A DNA stretch of 64,000 nt from a bacterium (GCA_030698395.1 JAUYKW010000027.1:3174-67173), one strand, 5' to 3'; numbered from the stretch's first letter, positions 19,793-29,936 are shown. The notes: generated from the letters alone by a model not told the origin. A program made the numbers and translations.

Positions 19793-20601
19793 GACTTATT
19801 ATTTGAGATTTTTTTATAGGTAATCCAGTCGTTTAAGTGTACTCTGGTAACATAATTAAGTAAACTGCCCAAACCACCCCAAATAGAGCTCTGAGCAGAC
19901 TCTCTTTTATGGTAATGGACTATCTCTACATCCGGATAATAGATCACTTTATAATCACTGTTTCGCAATCTATCGCATAACTCAAAGTCAGCAAAATACA
20001 GAAAAAATTTCTCATTAAAAGAGCCGACTTTTTCAATTGCAGATTTTCTTACAAATATACAAGCTCCTAAGATCCAATCCACTTCTCTTAAACTATTATG
20101 ATCAAAATCAGACATCAAATGACGATCTAGATCTCTTTGTGCAGGACCAAATTTCCCCAGTGGGGTGCGTCTATAAATTGGTGTAAATCTACCGTACGGA
20201 CGAAAACAGGATTTCTGAATTGTGCCATCACCATTTCGTAATTGTGGTCCAAGTAATCCAACATTTTGATGTTCGTCTAAATACATAATCATTTTCATAA
20301 TATCACTAGGCTTGGAAAAGATAATATCTGAATTCATAATCAATAGATACTCACCTTTTGCCTGAGCTATTCCTAAATTATTTCCATGAGCATGTCCGGT
20401 ATTTTTTGGATTGACAATTAATTTAATATTAGGATATAACTCCTCTACCATTTCAACGCTACCATCTTGTGATGCATTATCAATCACAATAATTTCATAT
20501 GGCAAAGTGATATTTAAATCTTGCAAATTCTTTATCACTAAACGCAATAAATGTTTAGTTTTATAATTTAAAATTATTATTGAAATTTTTACTGTATCCA
20601 T
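19789..20601 (-). CDS. glycosyltransferase family 2
   Basis: 270 aa. N-terminal ISIIILNYKT...DNASQDGS GT-A motif and DxD-type region. Confidence 0.75.
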   Translation of the reverse strand: MDTVKISIIILNYKTKHLLRLVIKNLQDLNITLPYEIIVIDNASQDGSVEMVEELYPNIKLIVNPKNTGHAHGNNLGIAQAKGEYLLIMNSDIIFSKPSDIMKMIMYLDEHQNVGLLGPQLRNGDGTIQKSCFRPYGRFTPIYRRTPLGKFGPAQRDLDRHLMSDFDHNSLREVDWILGACIFVRKSAIEKVGSFNEKFFLYFADFELCDRLRNSDYKVIYYPDVEIVHYHKRESAQSSIWGGLGSLLNYVTRVHLNDWITYKKISNNKS

Positions 20602-21560
20602 TGTCTTATAGATTGTTTATTACTTGAAACTCGTTTTGCACGCATCTTTGGTATTCCTTTTATGGTTTCTAATATGTAGCTCAGAGTAGACCATTCTCTT
20701 ATCAATACATAGAATAATTTAACAAACTCATATGGAATAATTGCCCAACTGTCTAAAATAAAACTTTTTAAATCTTCATTTTTTATTAATGTCCAAATAT
20801 GATTACGATATGAATAACCTCTGATTATCGCCGGTTTATTAGATCTACTTGCTAAACTAGTTTTTTGAATAGTTCGCGCATGATATGCCACTGCTTGAGG
20901 TTGATACCACACTTGAAAACCTGCTCGATGCATTCTCCAACTCGCATCAACATCTTCTTTGTATGCTATAAAATCAGCATCAAAGAAATTATCACCATAT
21001 TTAACAGATTCAATTGCATGCCTTGATACCATCATTAGTGCACCTGTGATACCAAAGACTTCTTCCATTAAATCATATTGCCCTTTATCAATATCATTCT
21101 CTCCCCTATTAAGAACATTCCTTGATCTCTCCATAATCAAACCAGCGCTGTCAACTATACTTTGATCATCCTGCTTAGTCAATTTTAATAACTTGCCACC
21201 AACCATACCAGCATCGGGTTGTTTTTTAAATACCTCCACTAATAGTTCAACATGATTATTTTTCAAGACAACATCATCATTGCAAAAAATAACATAATCT
21301 CCCTTTGCCACCTTAATTCCTTGATTATTACCCTTGGCATACCACTCATTTGTTTTATTCGCAATCAAGTTAGTTGGCTGTAAAATACTTTGTCCTTCAA
21401 TCCACTCTACAGTACCATCTTGAGAATCGTTATCAACCACAATAATTTCAATATCAGAATAAGTTTGCGCTGCCAACGATGTGAACAACGCAGGCAAATG
21501 CTTTTTGCTGTTATAGCTTAAAACTATAATACTAACTAGTGGTTGTCTGCTGTTTTCCAT
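20589..21560 (-). CDS. glycosyltransferase family 2
   Basis: 323 aa. VSIIVLSYNSKKHL...VDNDSQDGT GT-A signature. Confidence 0.75.
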   Translation of the reverse strand: MENSRQPLVSIIVLSYNSKKHLPALFTSLAAQTYSDIEIIVVDNDSQDGTVEWIEGQSILQPTNLIANKTNEWYAKGNNQGIKVAKGDYVIFCNDDVVLKNNHVELLVEVFKKQPDAGMVGGKLLKLTKQDDQSIVDSAGLIMERSRNVLNRGENDIDKGQYDLMEEVFGITGALMMVSRHAIESVKYGDNFFDADFIAYKEDVDASWRMHRAGFQVWYQPQAVAYHARTIQKTSLASRSNKPAIIRGYSYRNHIWTLIKNEDLKSFILDSWAIIPYEFVKLFYVLIREWSTLSYILETIKGIPKMRAKRVSSNKQSIRQWIQ

Positions 21561-23007
21561 AATAATCTATAATAACCGTAGTAAATAATAGCCACCCAAT
21601 ACCCAAAGGATGATTCAAATATGGAGTTAACGCGTGTATCACCACTAACGCTATTAATCCAAATACAATTCCAAATACAATATTTCTATCTGCAAGACTT
21701 TCAGTAGTTGCTATTTCATATCCTCGCACTATTAATAATAATATTAAGATGCCATATACCGCCGTGCCTGCGACTCCAAGTTTTAACCACATATCTAAAT
21801 AGCCCCATTCGAAAGCATAGGTGGTATACATGCCATCTGGATTGTTTTCTAAAGCACGCTGATCTTGGGTTGCATATGTAACCGTAGTTCCAAAACCTGA
21901 ACCTAGTAATGGATGTTCTAAATTTTTCTCCAGCAAAGGTTTGATTAGCGCCATTCTTGAACCACCGCCAGCTTCTGCGGTTGGATCTTGTGTTCTCTCC
22001 GTAAGTAAGCTGGTAGCACCAACCCCAGATCCGGAGCCACCTGGAAGTGAAACATTTACAACTCCTAGAACTAATAAATAACCGACACAAAAAAGCAATA
22101 ACATTGATGCGTAAAGCAACGATACTTTCTTTAAGGAAATGCGATATTTAACAATCAAAAAAAGTGCTAACCCACAAAGAGTAATAAGAATCGCCACCCA
22201 GAAACTTCTAGAATAACTTAAGAAGATTAATGTAATAGAAATTTCCAAAAAAATAAAATACTCCCAACGAAACTTTTTCAATAAAAAAGATAAACTTAAC
22301 AATAATGCGTATATTACATAAATATGACTCTGAAAAAATATTCGATAAAACCCATTATCCTTTAAGGTAATTTCTCCAATCCTAAAATCTCTTATCCATT
22401 GATAAAGAGCTGGCAAGTAATGTTGAAAACTAGTTTGATGCGAAAATAAAAATAAAATTAATAAAGTTTGCATTGCAAGTATAGTAATCCCTGCAAACAC
22501 AACCATGATTATTTTCAATATTTGTTCTCTATGTCTGATCGCCTGAGTAAATGGAAAAATCAAGCCAATAAATAAATACCCATTCCAATCAAAGAATATA
22601 TTAGATAAATCATTACCCATTAAATAACCAACAAGAACTCCAATTATCAAAAAAGTTATCAAAGCAACGTACCACTTCCAAAATTGCGAATGAAAGAAAT
22701 ATATTTTTTTGCTTCGTGCTACATCTATCAACCAAGCCAACATTACCACTAGAAATAAAGCTAATCGTAATGAAAGGTTAAATGAACCAATTGGTATACT
22801 CAACATATAACCATGTGACCCAACCACTAACTCAGCTATAATTGCATACACTCCATACTCTAATTTTTTTATACTAATTACTAGTATTAAAACAACAATA
22901 ACAATTAGAGATATATTCCTAAACTGCTCGTAGTTATATCCCAGCCATGATACTAATTCTAATGCTAGTAAAGCAACTGCAATTTTAGCGTAAAATTTGC
23001 GTAACAT
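21532..23007 (-). CDS. O-antigen polymerase/ligase-like polytopic membrane protein (Wzy/WaaL family)
   Basis: 491 aa, 10 or more TM helices with a large Gly/Ser-rich external loop (GGSGSGVGATS...AEAGGGSR). Located between GT genes. Confidence 0.5.
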   Translation of the reverse strand: MLRKFYAKIAVALLALELVSWLGYNYEQFRNISLIVIVVLILVISIKKLEYGVYAIIAELVVGSHGYMLSIPIGSFNLSLRLALFLVVMLAWLIDVARSKKIYFFHSQFWKWYVALITFLIIGVLVGYLMGNDLSNIFFDWNGYLFIGLIFPFTQAIRHREQILKIIMVVFAGITILAMQTLLILFLFSHQTSFQHYLPALYQWIRDFRIGEITLKDNGFYRIFFQSHIYVIYALLLSLSFLLKKFRWEYFIFLEISITLIFLSYSRSFWVAILITLCGLALFLIVKYRISLKKVSLLYASMLLLFCVGYLLVLGVVNVSLPGGSGSGVGATSLLTERTQDPTAEAGGGSRMALIKPLLEKNLEHPLLGSGFGTTVTYATQDQRALENNPDGMYTTYAFEWGYLDMWLKLGVAGTAVYGILILLLIVRGYEIATTESLADRNIVFGIVFGLIALVVIHALTPYLNHPLGIGWLLFTTVIIDYYGKQQTTTS

Positions 23008-23827
23008 ATGAGAAAAAAATACTTATTGGTTGGACAATGGCAATCCATAAATAACTAAGTAAGGAATTATTTTTTTTGAAATAATAACGCATACTATGAT
23101 TAAATATTTTCTGTGCTTTCGGCTTGCGTAACTGTTTAAAGCTAGCTCCTTTTACATGAATACATTTTACTTCAGGCGTATATAAGACATCATAACCCTC
23201 ATTCTGTAAACGTTTTTGTAAATCCACTTCCTCAAACCAAGCAAAAAAAGTTTCATCAAACGATCCAAATTTATCTAATAATTTCTTTGGCATCAACATA
23301 AATGCTCCCATAACTTGATCCACCGCCTGTTCTTTTGAATAATCAAACTTCTTTTGCATATATCCACTAATTAACCATGGAAAAATATGATGCATTTTTA
23401 ACAATATTGCAGTCTGATCAAAAGCAGTTGGAAAAGCACGAATCGAATCTTGTTGACTCCCGTCTGGATTAACTAATCTGCAACCAATCATACCAATATT
23501 CCTTGTTTCACTATCATACTTAGATACTAATCGCTGTAAAATATTATCCTGTATCTCAGTATCATCGTTGAGAAACAAAATATACCTTCCTTTTGCTCTT
23601 GATAAAGCTTGGTTATTTGCGGCACCAAAGCCTCTATTTTTTTTGTTTCTAATCAAATGTGTCTGCTGAAAATCTTTAGCTACCATATCTGCCGACCCAT
23701 CATGAGAATCATTATCTACAACAAAAACCTCATAATCAAGACCTGTTGTATATTTATAAATAGAAGCTAAACAATCACGCAAATGATCACGTACATTCCA
23801 AGAAACTATTATTATTGATAAATCCAT
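22985..23827 (-). CDS. glycosyltransferase family 2
   Basis: 280 aa. LSIIIVSWNVRDHL...VDNDSHDGS GT-A signature. Confidence 0.75.
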   Translation of the reverse strand: MDLSIIIVSWNVRDHLRDCLASIYKYTTGLDYEVFVVDNDSHDGSADMVAKDFQQTHLIRNKKNRGFGAANNQALSRAKGRYILFLNDDTEIQDNILQRLVSKYDSETRNIGMIGCRLVNPDGSQQDSIRAFPTAFDQTAILLKMHHIFPWLISGYMQKKFDYSKEQAVDQVMGAFMLMPKKLLDKFGSFDETFFAWFEEVDLQKRLQNEGYDVLYTPEVKCIHVKGASFKQLRKPKAQKIFNHSMRYYFKKNNSLLSYLWIAIVQPISIFFSYVTQILR

Positions 23828-23900
23828 AACTTCAGAACTATACCAATATTATACGTAAAAATCAACCCTTATTTATTGGATCAATACGCTATTTTGTAGC

Positions 23901-24968
23901 TTAAGAACCACTTAATAATTTTGCAATACGTTGCGCTTTTATATGCCAATCATGCTCGTTTTTTACCCATTGTTGTGCCTGAGCACCTAGGCGCTTTGCC
24001 CTATCTGGCTTACTTAATAAACGTTGAATAGCGTCTGCAATTTTTTGAGAATCATCAGGATTTACCAAAATACCTGTTTTGCCGTCTAATATCGCATCTG
24101 TCATACCAGCTGTATTTCCACCAATGGCTAACTTGCCAAAAGAATTTGCTTCCAAAACTGTTATACCAAAACCTTCAAAATCTTGTTTATTTATAATTCG
24201 TGATGGCATAACAAAAAATTCACATCGATTATATAATTCTGCAACTTCAGCATCGGTTAAACCCTCCATAACATGGACCCTATGTTGTAGCTGTAACTTA
24301 GTTGCCAGATCAATTAAATTTTCCTTATAAGATCCAGATCCAGCAATAACATAGTGTACATGATCAAAAGACTCCGACAATAATGACATTGCTTCGATTG
24401 CTTTATCAAACCCCTTACGCTGCACTAATCTTCCTACTGATAAAAAGAAATTTTTTGGTAGCTGTTTATTTACCCTTTCTGATACTTTTCCAAGTTTTCT
24501 TGGTGTAATACTTGGTCCTGGTGGAATAATAGAAATTTTACTATGCATTCTACCTGGAATCAAATTCTTAATTTGCTGTTCAGTAAAATCTGATATAGTA
24601 ATAATCTTATCTGCTCTCCTTAAAATAAATTTCAATAAAATCTTTTTTCTAATAAACTTCTGTGGTACCGCTATGTCCATTCCGTGTATAAATACTGCGA
24701 ATGGTTTTCTCAAAAATAATGATGCACAAACAACTGCCGTGCCAATTGGCAAAATCTGTCCAGCTAACAAATAATCAACTTTATTAACTTTTGCTTCTTT
24801 AATGATAGCCCAAATACTTTTAATCCACGGATTCAATAATTGATTACGTGAATTATCTAATACATGATATTCATTATTTGATGCATTCTGTACTAAATGA
24901 TAATAATAGTTAGCAACTCCCCCAACATCAGGTGGGTACTCAGCAGTTACCAATAAAATTTTATTCAT
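23901..24968 (-). CDS. glycosyltransferase family 4
   Basis: 355 aa. EGFGITVLEANSFGKLAIGG...DG C-terminal GT4 motif. Confidence 0.75.
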   Translation of the reverse strand: MNKILLVTAEYPPDVGGVANYYYHLVQNASNNEYHVLDNSRNQLLNPWIKSIWAIIKEAKVNKVDYLLAGQILPIGTAVVCASLFLRKPFAVFIHGMDIAVPQKFIRKKILLKFILRRADKIITISDFTEQQIKNLIPGRMHSKISIIPPGPSITPRKLGKVSERVNKQLPKNFFLSVGRLVQRKGFDKAIEAMSLLSESFDHVHYVIAGSGSYKENLIDLATKLQLQHRVHVMEGLTDAEVAELYNRCEFFVMPSRIINKQDFEGFGITVLEANSFGKLAIGGNTAGMTDAILDGKTGILVNPDDSQKIADAIQRLLSKPDRAKRLGAQAQQWVKNEHDWHIKAQRIAKLLSGS

Positions 24969-24989
24969 AATCTGTATTAATGCCTGGTA

Positions 24990-26438
24990 TTATGCACCAG
25001 GAACGAACACCTTTTTTAATTGCTTTATTTCTGCATTAGTTATGCCTTTCAACAAATATATAACAATAGCATAAATTACAACACCAATCGGAATCAATGC
25101 TAAGACACTAATTTCTCTTAATAGATATAGTACTAAAGCCATTACTGAAGCAGCAATTATACTTTTTATTAATCTATATATAATTGGCTTTTTTTTGAAT
25201 TTAATAACAGCATGAACTCTTGGTATACCCAAGGCAACTAATACTATAGAACTAATAACCGCTGATGCTGCAGCTCCTAAGTATGTATACTGCGGGATCA
25301 AGAAAATATTCAAAATAATATTCAATAACAATGCTATACCCATATTTAAAGTATTTATGGTTTGCTTATTAGCTGCATTCAATAAATTTCCAATTGGATA
25401 ATTCACAAACAGAAATACAATGCCGATCATAAATATTTGCAATGCTGGTATAGCAGCAGGATGTCCAGGAAAAGCTAATCCAATAATTTTTGGTGCTAAC
25501 ATACCTATTCCAATTGACATTGGTACACTTAGCAATATCAAATACTGAGTTGTTTGTTCAAAAATCTCTCTTAATTTATTATGTGAATCTATAAACGCCT
25601 TACTCATCGCTGGAAAAAATGCTGTAGCAAAAGCACCTGGAATGATTGTAAGAGTCACGGTTAATTTTAAAGCAATATTATACCAAGCTACGAACCTGTC
25701 ACCAGCTAAATACTCCAACATCACAGTATCAATGGAACCATTAAGTTTAAAGAAAATATCTGCTAATGCAAATGGAGCAGCTACTTTTAATAATGGCATG
25801 AATTGAGATCTGTCCCACTTAATTTTTGGTTTAATCTTCGCTTTTGTAATTACGACGTAAACTGCATAAATAAAGTATACAAAACTAGCCAATGCAATTA
25901 CCAGTACCAAAGCTTTTGCCTGCATACCTAAATACAAAACAACAGTACCTACAGTAACAACTACTGTCTGATATATTATCTGTCCCAGTGCTTCGTATTG
26001 CATCTTTTGTAAAGCCCGGAGTGTTGCAAGAAAAATCGATCGAAACGTATCAAATATAATTACCAATGCAGATAAATATACCAGTTGAACTGTATAGTTC
26101 GGCATATCCTTCGATAAATTTAGTAAGTAAAACACGGAAAACATCACCACTAATGACAATATTGATAATACAATCTTAAATCCTAAAATATACTCTAATT
26201 GGTCTTTGATAGATTCTTTTTTCTTTGCTCCCTCGCGCGTTAATACAGGGACCAAACCAAAATTCATGATAATAACAAAAATTCCAGCAAAACTCAGAGC
26301 AAAAGTATATCTGCCCAATATAACATCGGAGAATTGAGCTGCGACGTATATGTAAAAACCAAAAGCTAAGATCTTTTGGACAATCGATGATAAGGTTAAA
26401 TATGTTGTATTTTTTGCAATTTTTGCTGCGACAGACAT
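24990..26438 (-). CDS. MOP-superfamily polysaccharide flippase (Wzx-like)
   Basis: 482 aa, about 12 to 14 TM helices, typical Wzx/PST topology. First gene of the glycan block. Confidence 0.7.
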   Translation of the reverse strand: MSVAAKIAKNTTYLTLSSIVQKILAFGFYIYVAAQFSDVILGRYTFALSFAGIFVIIMNFGLVPVLTREGAKKKESIKDQLEYILGFKIVLSILSLVVMFSVFYLLNLSKDMPNYTVQLVYLSALVIIFDTFRSIFLATLRALQKMQYEALGQIIYQTVVVTVGTVVLYLGMQAKALVLVIALASFVYFIYAVYVVITKAKIKPKIKWDRSQFMPLLKVAAPFALADIFFKLNGSIDTVMLEYLAGDRFVAWYNIALKLTVTLTIIPGAFATAFFPAMSKAFIDSHNKLREIFEQTTQYLILLSVPMSIGIGMLAPKIIGLAFPGHPAAIPALQIFMIGIVFLFVNYPIGNLLNAANKQTINTLNMGIALLLNIILNIFLIPQYTYLGAAASAVISSIVLVALGIPRVHAVIKFKKKPIIYRLIKSIIAASVMALVLYLLREISVLALIPIGVVIYAIVIYLLKGITNAEIKQLKKVFVPGA

Positions 26439-26450
26439 TAGCGCAAGCTG

Positions 26451-26861
26451 TTAACGCTTAGACCATTGTGGCGCTCGTCTGGCTCGTTTTAATCCAGGTT
26501 TCTTTCTTTCTTTACGTCTGGGATCACGTGTTAAAAAACCTGCTTTTTTTAACACATCACGTAAATCTGCATCAATCTGTAATAATACTCTAGATATTCC
26601 ATGACGAATGCTTTCTGCTTGTGATTTCTTTCCTCCACCAATCACCTTAACAGTAATTTTACCTGTGCCTAATAAATTCGTTAGCTTTAATGCACTCTGT
26701 GCAATTGCTCTAGTTTCTCTAGTATCAAAATATTTTTTTACATCTTTTTCATTTACAAGAAACTCACCTTCGCCATTTTTGTAATATCGAACACGTGCTA
26801 CGGCAGTTTTCCGACGACCCACAGCATATAAATAATTCCGTTTTTCTTTTAAATCAGACAT
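26451..26861 (-). CDS. rpsI: 30S ribosomal protein S9
   Basis: 136 aa, ends ...KRARRAPQWSKR, the canonical S9 C-terminus. Confidence 0.9.
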   Translation of the reverse strand: MSDLKEKRNYLYAVGRRKTAVARVRYYKNGEGEFLVNEKDVKKYFDTRETRAIAQSALKLTNLLGTGKITVKVIGGGKKSQAESIRHGISRVLLQIDADLRDVLKKAGFLTRDPRRKERKKPGLKRARRAPQWSKR

Positions 26862-26865
26862 CTTT

Positions 26866-27204
26866 TTACGTTATTTTTAATCTTTTAATCATTTCTGAAC
26901 GAATTTTATTCTTGGGCAACATGTTATAAACCGCGGTATGAAGAATTTTTTCTTTTGTCATATCTTTAGCTTTTGTTTTCTTCAAACCACCTGGATATAA
27001 TGAATGATTATAATAAATTTTATTTTCTGCGAATTTCTTGCTTACTTTAAGATGCTTCACATTTTCAATTATCACTTCATCTCCACAATCTGTATACGTT
27101 TGATAACTTGGCTTATGTTTGCCCATCAACAACACAGCTATCTCAGTAGCTAGCCTTCCTGGAACCTTATTTGTTGCATCAATTGTATGAATCTCACGTT
27201 CCAT
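26866..27204 (-). CDS. rplM: 50S ribosomal protein L13 (short form)
   Basis: 112 aa. IDATNKVPGRLATEIAVLLMGKHKP matches the L13 N-terminal region. Paired with rpsI as in the rplM-rpsI operon. Confidence 0.85.
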   Translation of the reverse strand: MEREIHTIDATNKVPGRLATEIAVLLMGKHKPSYQTYTDCGDEVIIENVKHLKVSKKFAENKIYYNHSLYPGGLKKTKAKDMTKEKILHTAVYNMLPKNKIRSEMIKRLKIT

Positions 27205-27206
27205 AA

Positions 27207-27698
27207 TTATTTTGCGCTATCTTTAATTTTTTCAATCTTTTTTGTATCTTTACTTGTGGTTGCTTTAACTGGTTTCTTATCAGTTTTCTTTGGTGCAACA
27301 ACTTTCTTATCAACTTTCTTCTTTGTATTATTTTTCATCTTGTCTCTATCAACAAGCTCTAAATATACAATCTCTGCTCCATCTCCAACTCGTCTTCCAA
27401 TAGCTGTTATTCTTGTATAACCACCTTTTCTATCTTTTAATATTGGCGTTATTACATCAATTAATTCCTCAACAGCCTTTTCATTATTCAAACGTTTCAT
27501 TAAATAACGCTTACTATGTAAATCCCGTACCTTAGCTTTTGTAACCAGCTTTTCAAAACTTGGTCTAAAATACTTTGCTTTAGCTTTAGTAGTTTTTATT
27601 CTTTTACTTGTAATCAAACTAATAACCTGCGTCTTATATAAAGCCGTTCGTGCTGCCTTTTTTCGATCTAATGTTTTTGTTGTTTTCTTATGACGCAT
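27207..27698 (-). CDS. rplQ: 50S ribosomal protein L17 with lysine-rich C-terminal extension
   Basis: 163 aa. N-terminus MRHKKTTKTLDRKKAARTAL is canonical L17. The last ~45 aa are K-rich low complexity. Confidence 0.85.
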   Translation of the reverse strand: MRHKKTTKTLDRKKAARTALYKTQVISLITSKRIKTTKAKAKYFRPSFEKLVTKAKVRDLHSKRYLMKRLNNEKAVEELIDVITPILKDRKGGYTRITAIGRRVGDGAEIVYLELVDRDKMKNNTKKKVDKKVVAPKKTDKKPVKATTSKDTKKIEKIKDSAK

Positions 27699-27706
27699 AT
27701 TATCGA

Positions 27707-28498
27707 TTATTTTTCTGTATCGGTAGCTTCATCATCTTTTTCTTCTTCAACTTCTTCAGTTGCTTGATCTTCTTCAACATCTTCTTCAATTTCCTCTTTA
27801 ATTGTTTCTTCTGCGGTTGTTGCATTCCCTAACAATGTAAAATGATCCACCAAAATCTGAGATGCTTGAACAAACGCCTCTTCCGGACTCATCGTTCCAT
27901 CTGTAGTAATATCTAAAGTTAATTTATCATAATTTGTCATCTGCTCTACACGTACATGCTCAGTTTTGAAGTTTACAGTCCTAATAGGAGTATAAACGGC
28001 ATCTATAGCCATAAAACCAACATCTAGAACCTCTTTTTCACGAGCTTCGATCGGTACATAACCTCTGCCTTTTTCTACGATCACAGTCATGTCCATGCTT
28101 GCAGCTGCATCAGTTAATGTACAAATAACTAGCTTTGGATTAGCTACCTCAACTTCATTATTTTTTTCAAAATCACCTACGGTTATTTTTTTCTTACCTG
28201 TAACACTCAATTTCAACTCAACAGCTTCATCTGTATGCATGTTAAATTTAACTTGTTTCAAATTTAATAAAATATCAACTACATCCTCTTTCAAATAATC
28301 AGCAGTTGAGAATTCATGGTCAATACCTTTTATTTTTACAGATGTAATTGCTGCACCAGGTAATGAAGACAATAAAACTCTGCGCATTGAATTTCCTAGC
28401 GTAGTTCCGTATCCAGGGTAACAAGGTGTGATGGTAAACTGAGCCTGATTAGTATCAGTACTTAGATATGAAATATTGCTTGGTAATTGAATCTCCAT
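27707..28498 (-). CDS. rpoA: DNA-directed RNA polymerase alpha subunit, NTD only plus acidic tail
   Basis: 263 aa. The alpha-NTD dimerisation/assembly domain is clear (TLGNSMRRVLLSSLPGAAI...). The C-terminal 35 aa are Glu/Asp-rich (EEIEEDVEEDQATEEVEEEKDDE) and no alpha-CTD is present. Confidence 0.85.
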   Translation of the reverse strand: MEIQLPSNISYLSTDTNQAQFTITPCYPGYGTTLGNSMRRVLLSSLPGAAITSVKIKGIDHEFSTADYLKEDVVDILLNLKQVKFNMHTDEAVELKLSVTGKKKITVGDFEKNNEVEVANPKLVICTLTDAAASMDMTVIVEKGRGYVPIEAREKEVLDVGFMAIDAVYTPIRTVNFKTEHVRVEQMTNYDKLTLDITTDGTMSPEEAFVQASQILVDHFTLLGNATTAEETIKEEIEEDVEEDQATEEVEEEKDDEATDTEK

Positions 28499-28516
28499 AA
28501 TTCTAAATGATAGTTG

Positions 28517-29128
28517 TTAACGTGAATAATACTCAACGATTAAATTAACTGCGATGCCTTGCTCCACGTCTGCATTTGTTGGATCCGCAACAATTTTAAG
28601 AATAAATTTCTCTTTATCAACATCAATCCATCCTGGTGCTTCATGCATCTTAATATTTGCAGGCAATTCTAAAAAATATCTACTTTTTTGACTTGATTCT
28701 TTCAATTCTATTACATCTCCTGCCTTCATATCTCGCGATGGAACATTACATGGTTTCCCATTAACTAAGAAATGAGCATGTGTTACAAGTTGCCGCGCTT
28801 GTCTTCTTGTACTTCCTAGACCAGCACGATAAACGACATTATCAAATCTTTTTTCTAAAGTATTAAGTAATATATCACCAGTATTACCTGATTTATTACT
28901 AGACTTTAAGTAATAGTTTCTGAATTGTTTCTCTAGAATGCCATACAATATCTTAGCTTTCTGTTTTTCACGTAGTTGTAATCCGTATTCTGTTAATCTA
29001 CGACGTCTTGCATTACCATGTTGTCCTGGTGGATAGTTACGTCTAATAACTGCACATTTCTCTGTACCACAAACACTCTCTCCGATTCTTCTACATTGTT
29101 TACATTTAGGTTTTAAATTTCTAGCCAT
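28517..29128 (-). CDS. rpsD: 30S ribosomal protein S4
   Basis: 203 aa. N-terminal Cys4 zinc module (CKQCRR...CGTEKC) and S4 domain. Confidence 0.9.
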   Translation of the reverse strand: MARNLKPKCKQCRRIGESVCGTEKCAVIRRNYPPGQHGNARRRRLTEYGLQLREKQKAKILYGILEKQFRNYYLKSSNKSGNTGDILLNTLEKRFDNVVYRAGLGSTRRQARQLVTHAHFLVNGKPCNVPSRDMKAGDVIELKESSQKSRYFLELPANIKMHEAPGWIDVDKEKFILKIVADPTNADVEQGIAVNLIVEYYSR

Positions 29129-29137
29129 ATATTTCTA

Positions 29138-29524
29138 TTATACTCTGCGTGGTTTTTTAGGCCGACATCCATTATGTGGAATTGGCGTAATATCTCTAAT
29201 TTTTGAAATCGAATATCCCATTGCATTAATTGCTCTTAAAGCACCATCGCGTCCACTTCCAATACCGTTTATAAAAACGCTGACATTTTTTAACCCAATA
29301 TCACCAATCTTTTCTGCTGTTTCCCGTACAACAACACCTGCTGCATATGGAGTGGCCTTCTTTGGCCCTTTAAACCCATATTGCCCTGAGCTTCCTTGTG
29401 CTAACGTATTACCACCTTCATCAGTAAAAGTAATGATAGTGTTATTATAAGATGAAAATACGTAAACTCGTCCTGTACTAACGGACAACTTTTTCTTTTT
29501 CTTTTTCTTTTTTACTTCGGCCAT
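29138..29524 (-). CDS. rpsK: 30S ribosomal protein S11
   Basis: 128 aa, ends ...HNGCRPKKPRRV (canonical S11). Confidence 0.9.
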   Translation of the reverse strand: MAEVKKKKKKKKLSVSTGRVYVFSSYNNTIITFTDEGGNTLAQGSSGQYGFKGPKKATPYAAGVVVRETAEKIGDIGLKNVSVFINGIGSGRDGALRAINAMGYSISKIRDITPIPHNGCRPKKPRRV

Positions 29525-29542
29525 AATAATATATAATTTATT

Positions 29543-29935
29543 TTATGTTTTCTGAGCTGCTACTTTTCTACCTGAACCCATTGTTCTTCTAACATTTCCT
29601 CGTACAGTTCTAGAATTTGTTTTCGTTGATTGTCCTCTTGAAGGAAGCTTCTTTGTGTGTCGAGTACCTCTATAAGCACCACTTTCTTTTAGTCTTTTTA
29701 CATTTGCAAGAACCTCTCTTCGTAAGTCCCCTTCAATAGCTACATTATTTTCTTGAATATGAGCTGTAATCTTACTAACTTCGTCTTCAGTTAAGTCTTT
29801 CGCCTTTACGTTAAGATCAATATCTACAGCAGACAAAATCTCTTTAGAACGGGTTAAGCCGATACCAAAAATATATGTGAGCGCAATTTCTGCTCTCTTA
29901 TTTGCCGGTAATGTTACACCTGATATTCTAGCCAT
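29543..29935 (-). CDS. rpsM: 30S ribosomal protein S13
   Basis: 130 aa. MARISGVTLPANKRAEIALTYIFGIG N-terminus. Confidence 0.9.
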   Translation of the reverse strand: MARISGVTLPANKRAEIALTYIFGIGLTRSKEILSAVDIDLNVKAKDLTEDEVSKITAHIQENNVAIEGDLRREVLANVKRLKESGAYRGTRHTKKLPSRGQSTKTNSRTVRGNVRRTMGSGRKVAAQKT

Positions 29936-29936
29936 A

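Noticed and set aside
21716-22090. 124-aa minus-strand ORF inside the Wzy-like gene in another frame
   Set aside because: Same strand but a different frame from a long membrane-protein ORF. Arg/Trp-rich translation typical of an out-of-frame read of an A/T-rich membrane gene.
26451-29935. Lysine-rich C-terminal tails (L17, S9 region, the 138-aa protein, the 708-aa protein N-terminus) as a possible repeat or mobile-element signature
   Set aside because: These are compositional low-complexity stretches within otherwise conserved proteins. No transposase, integrase, inverted repeats or target-site duplications were seen anywhere in the window.
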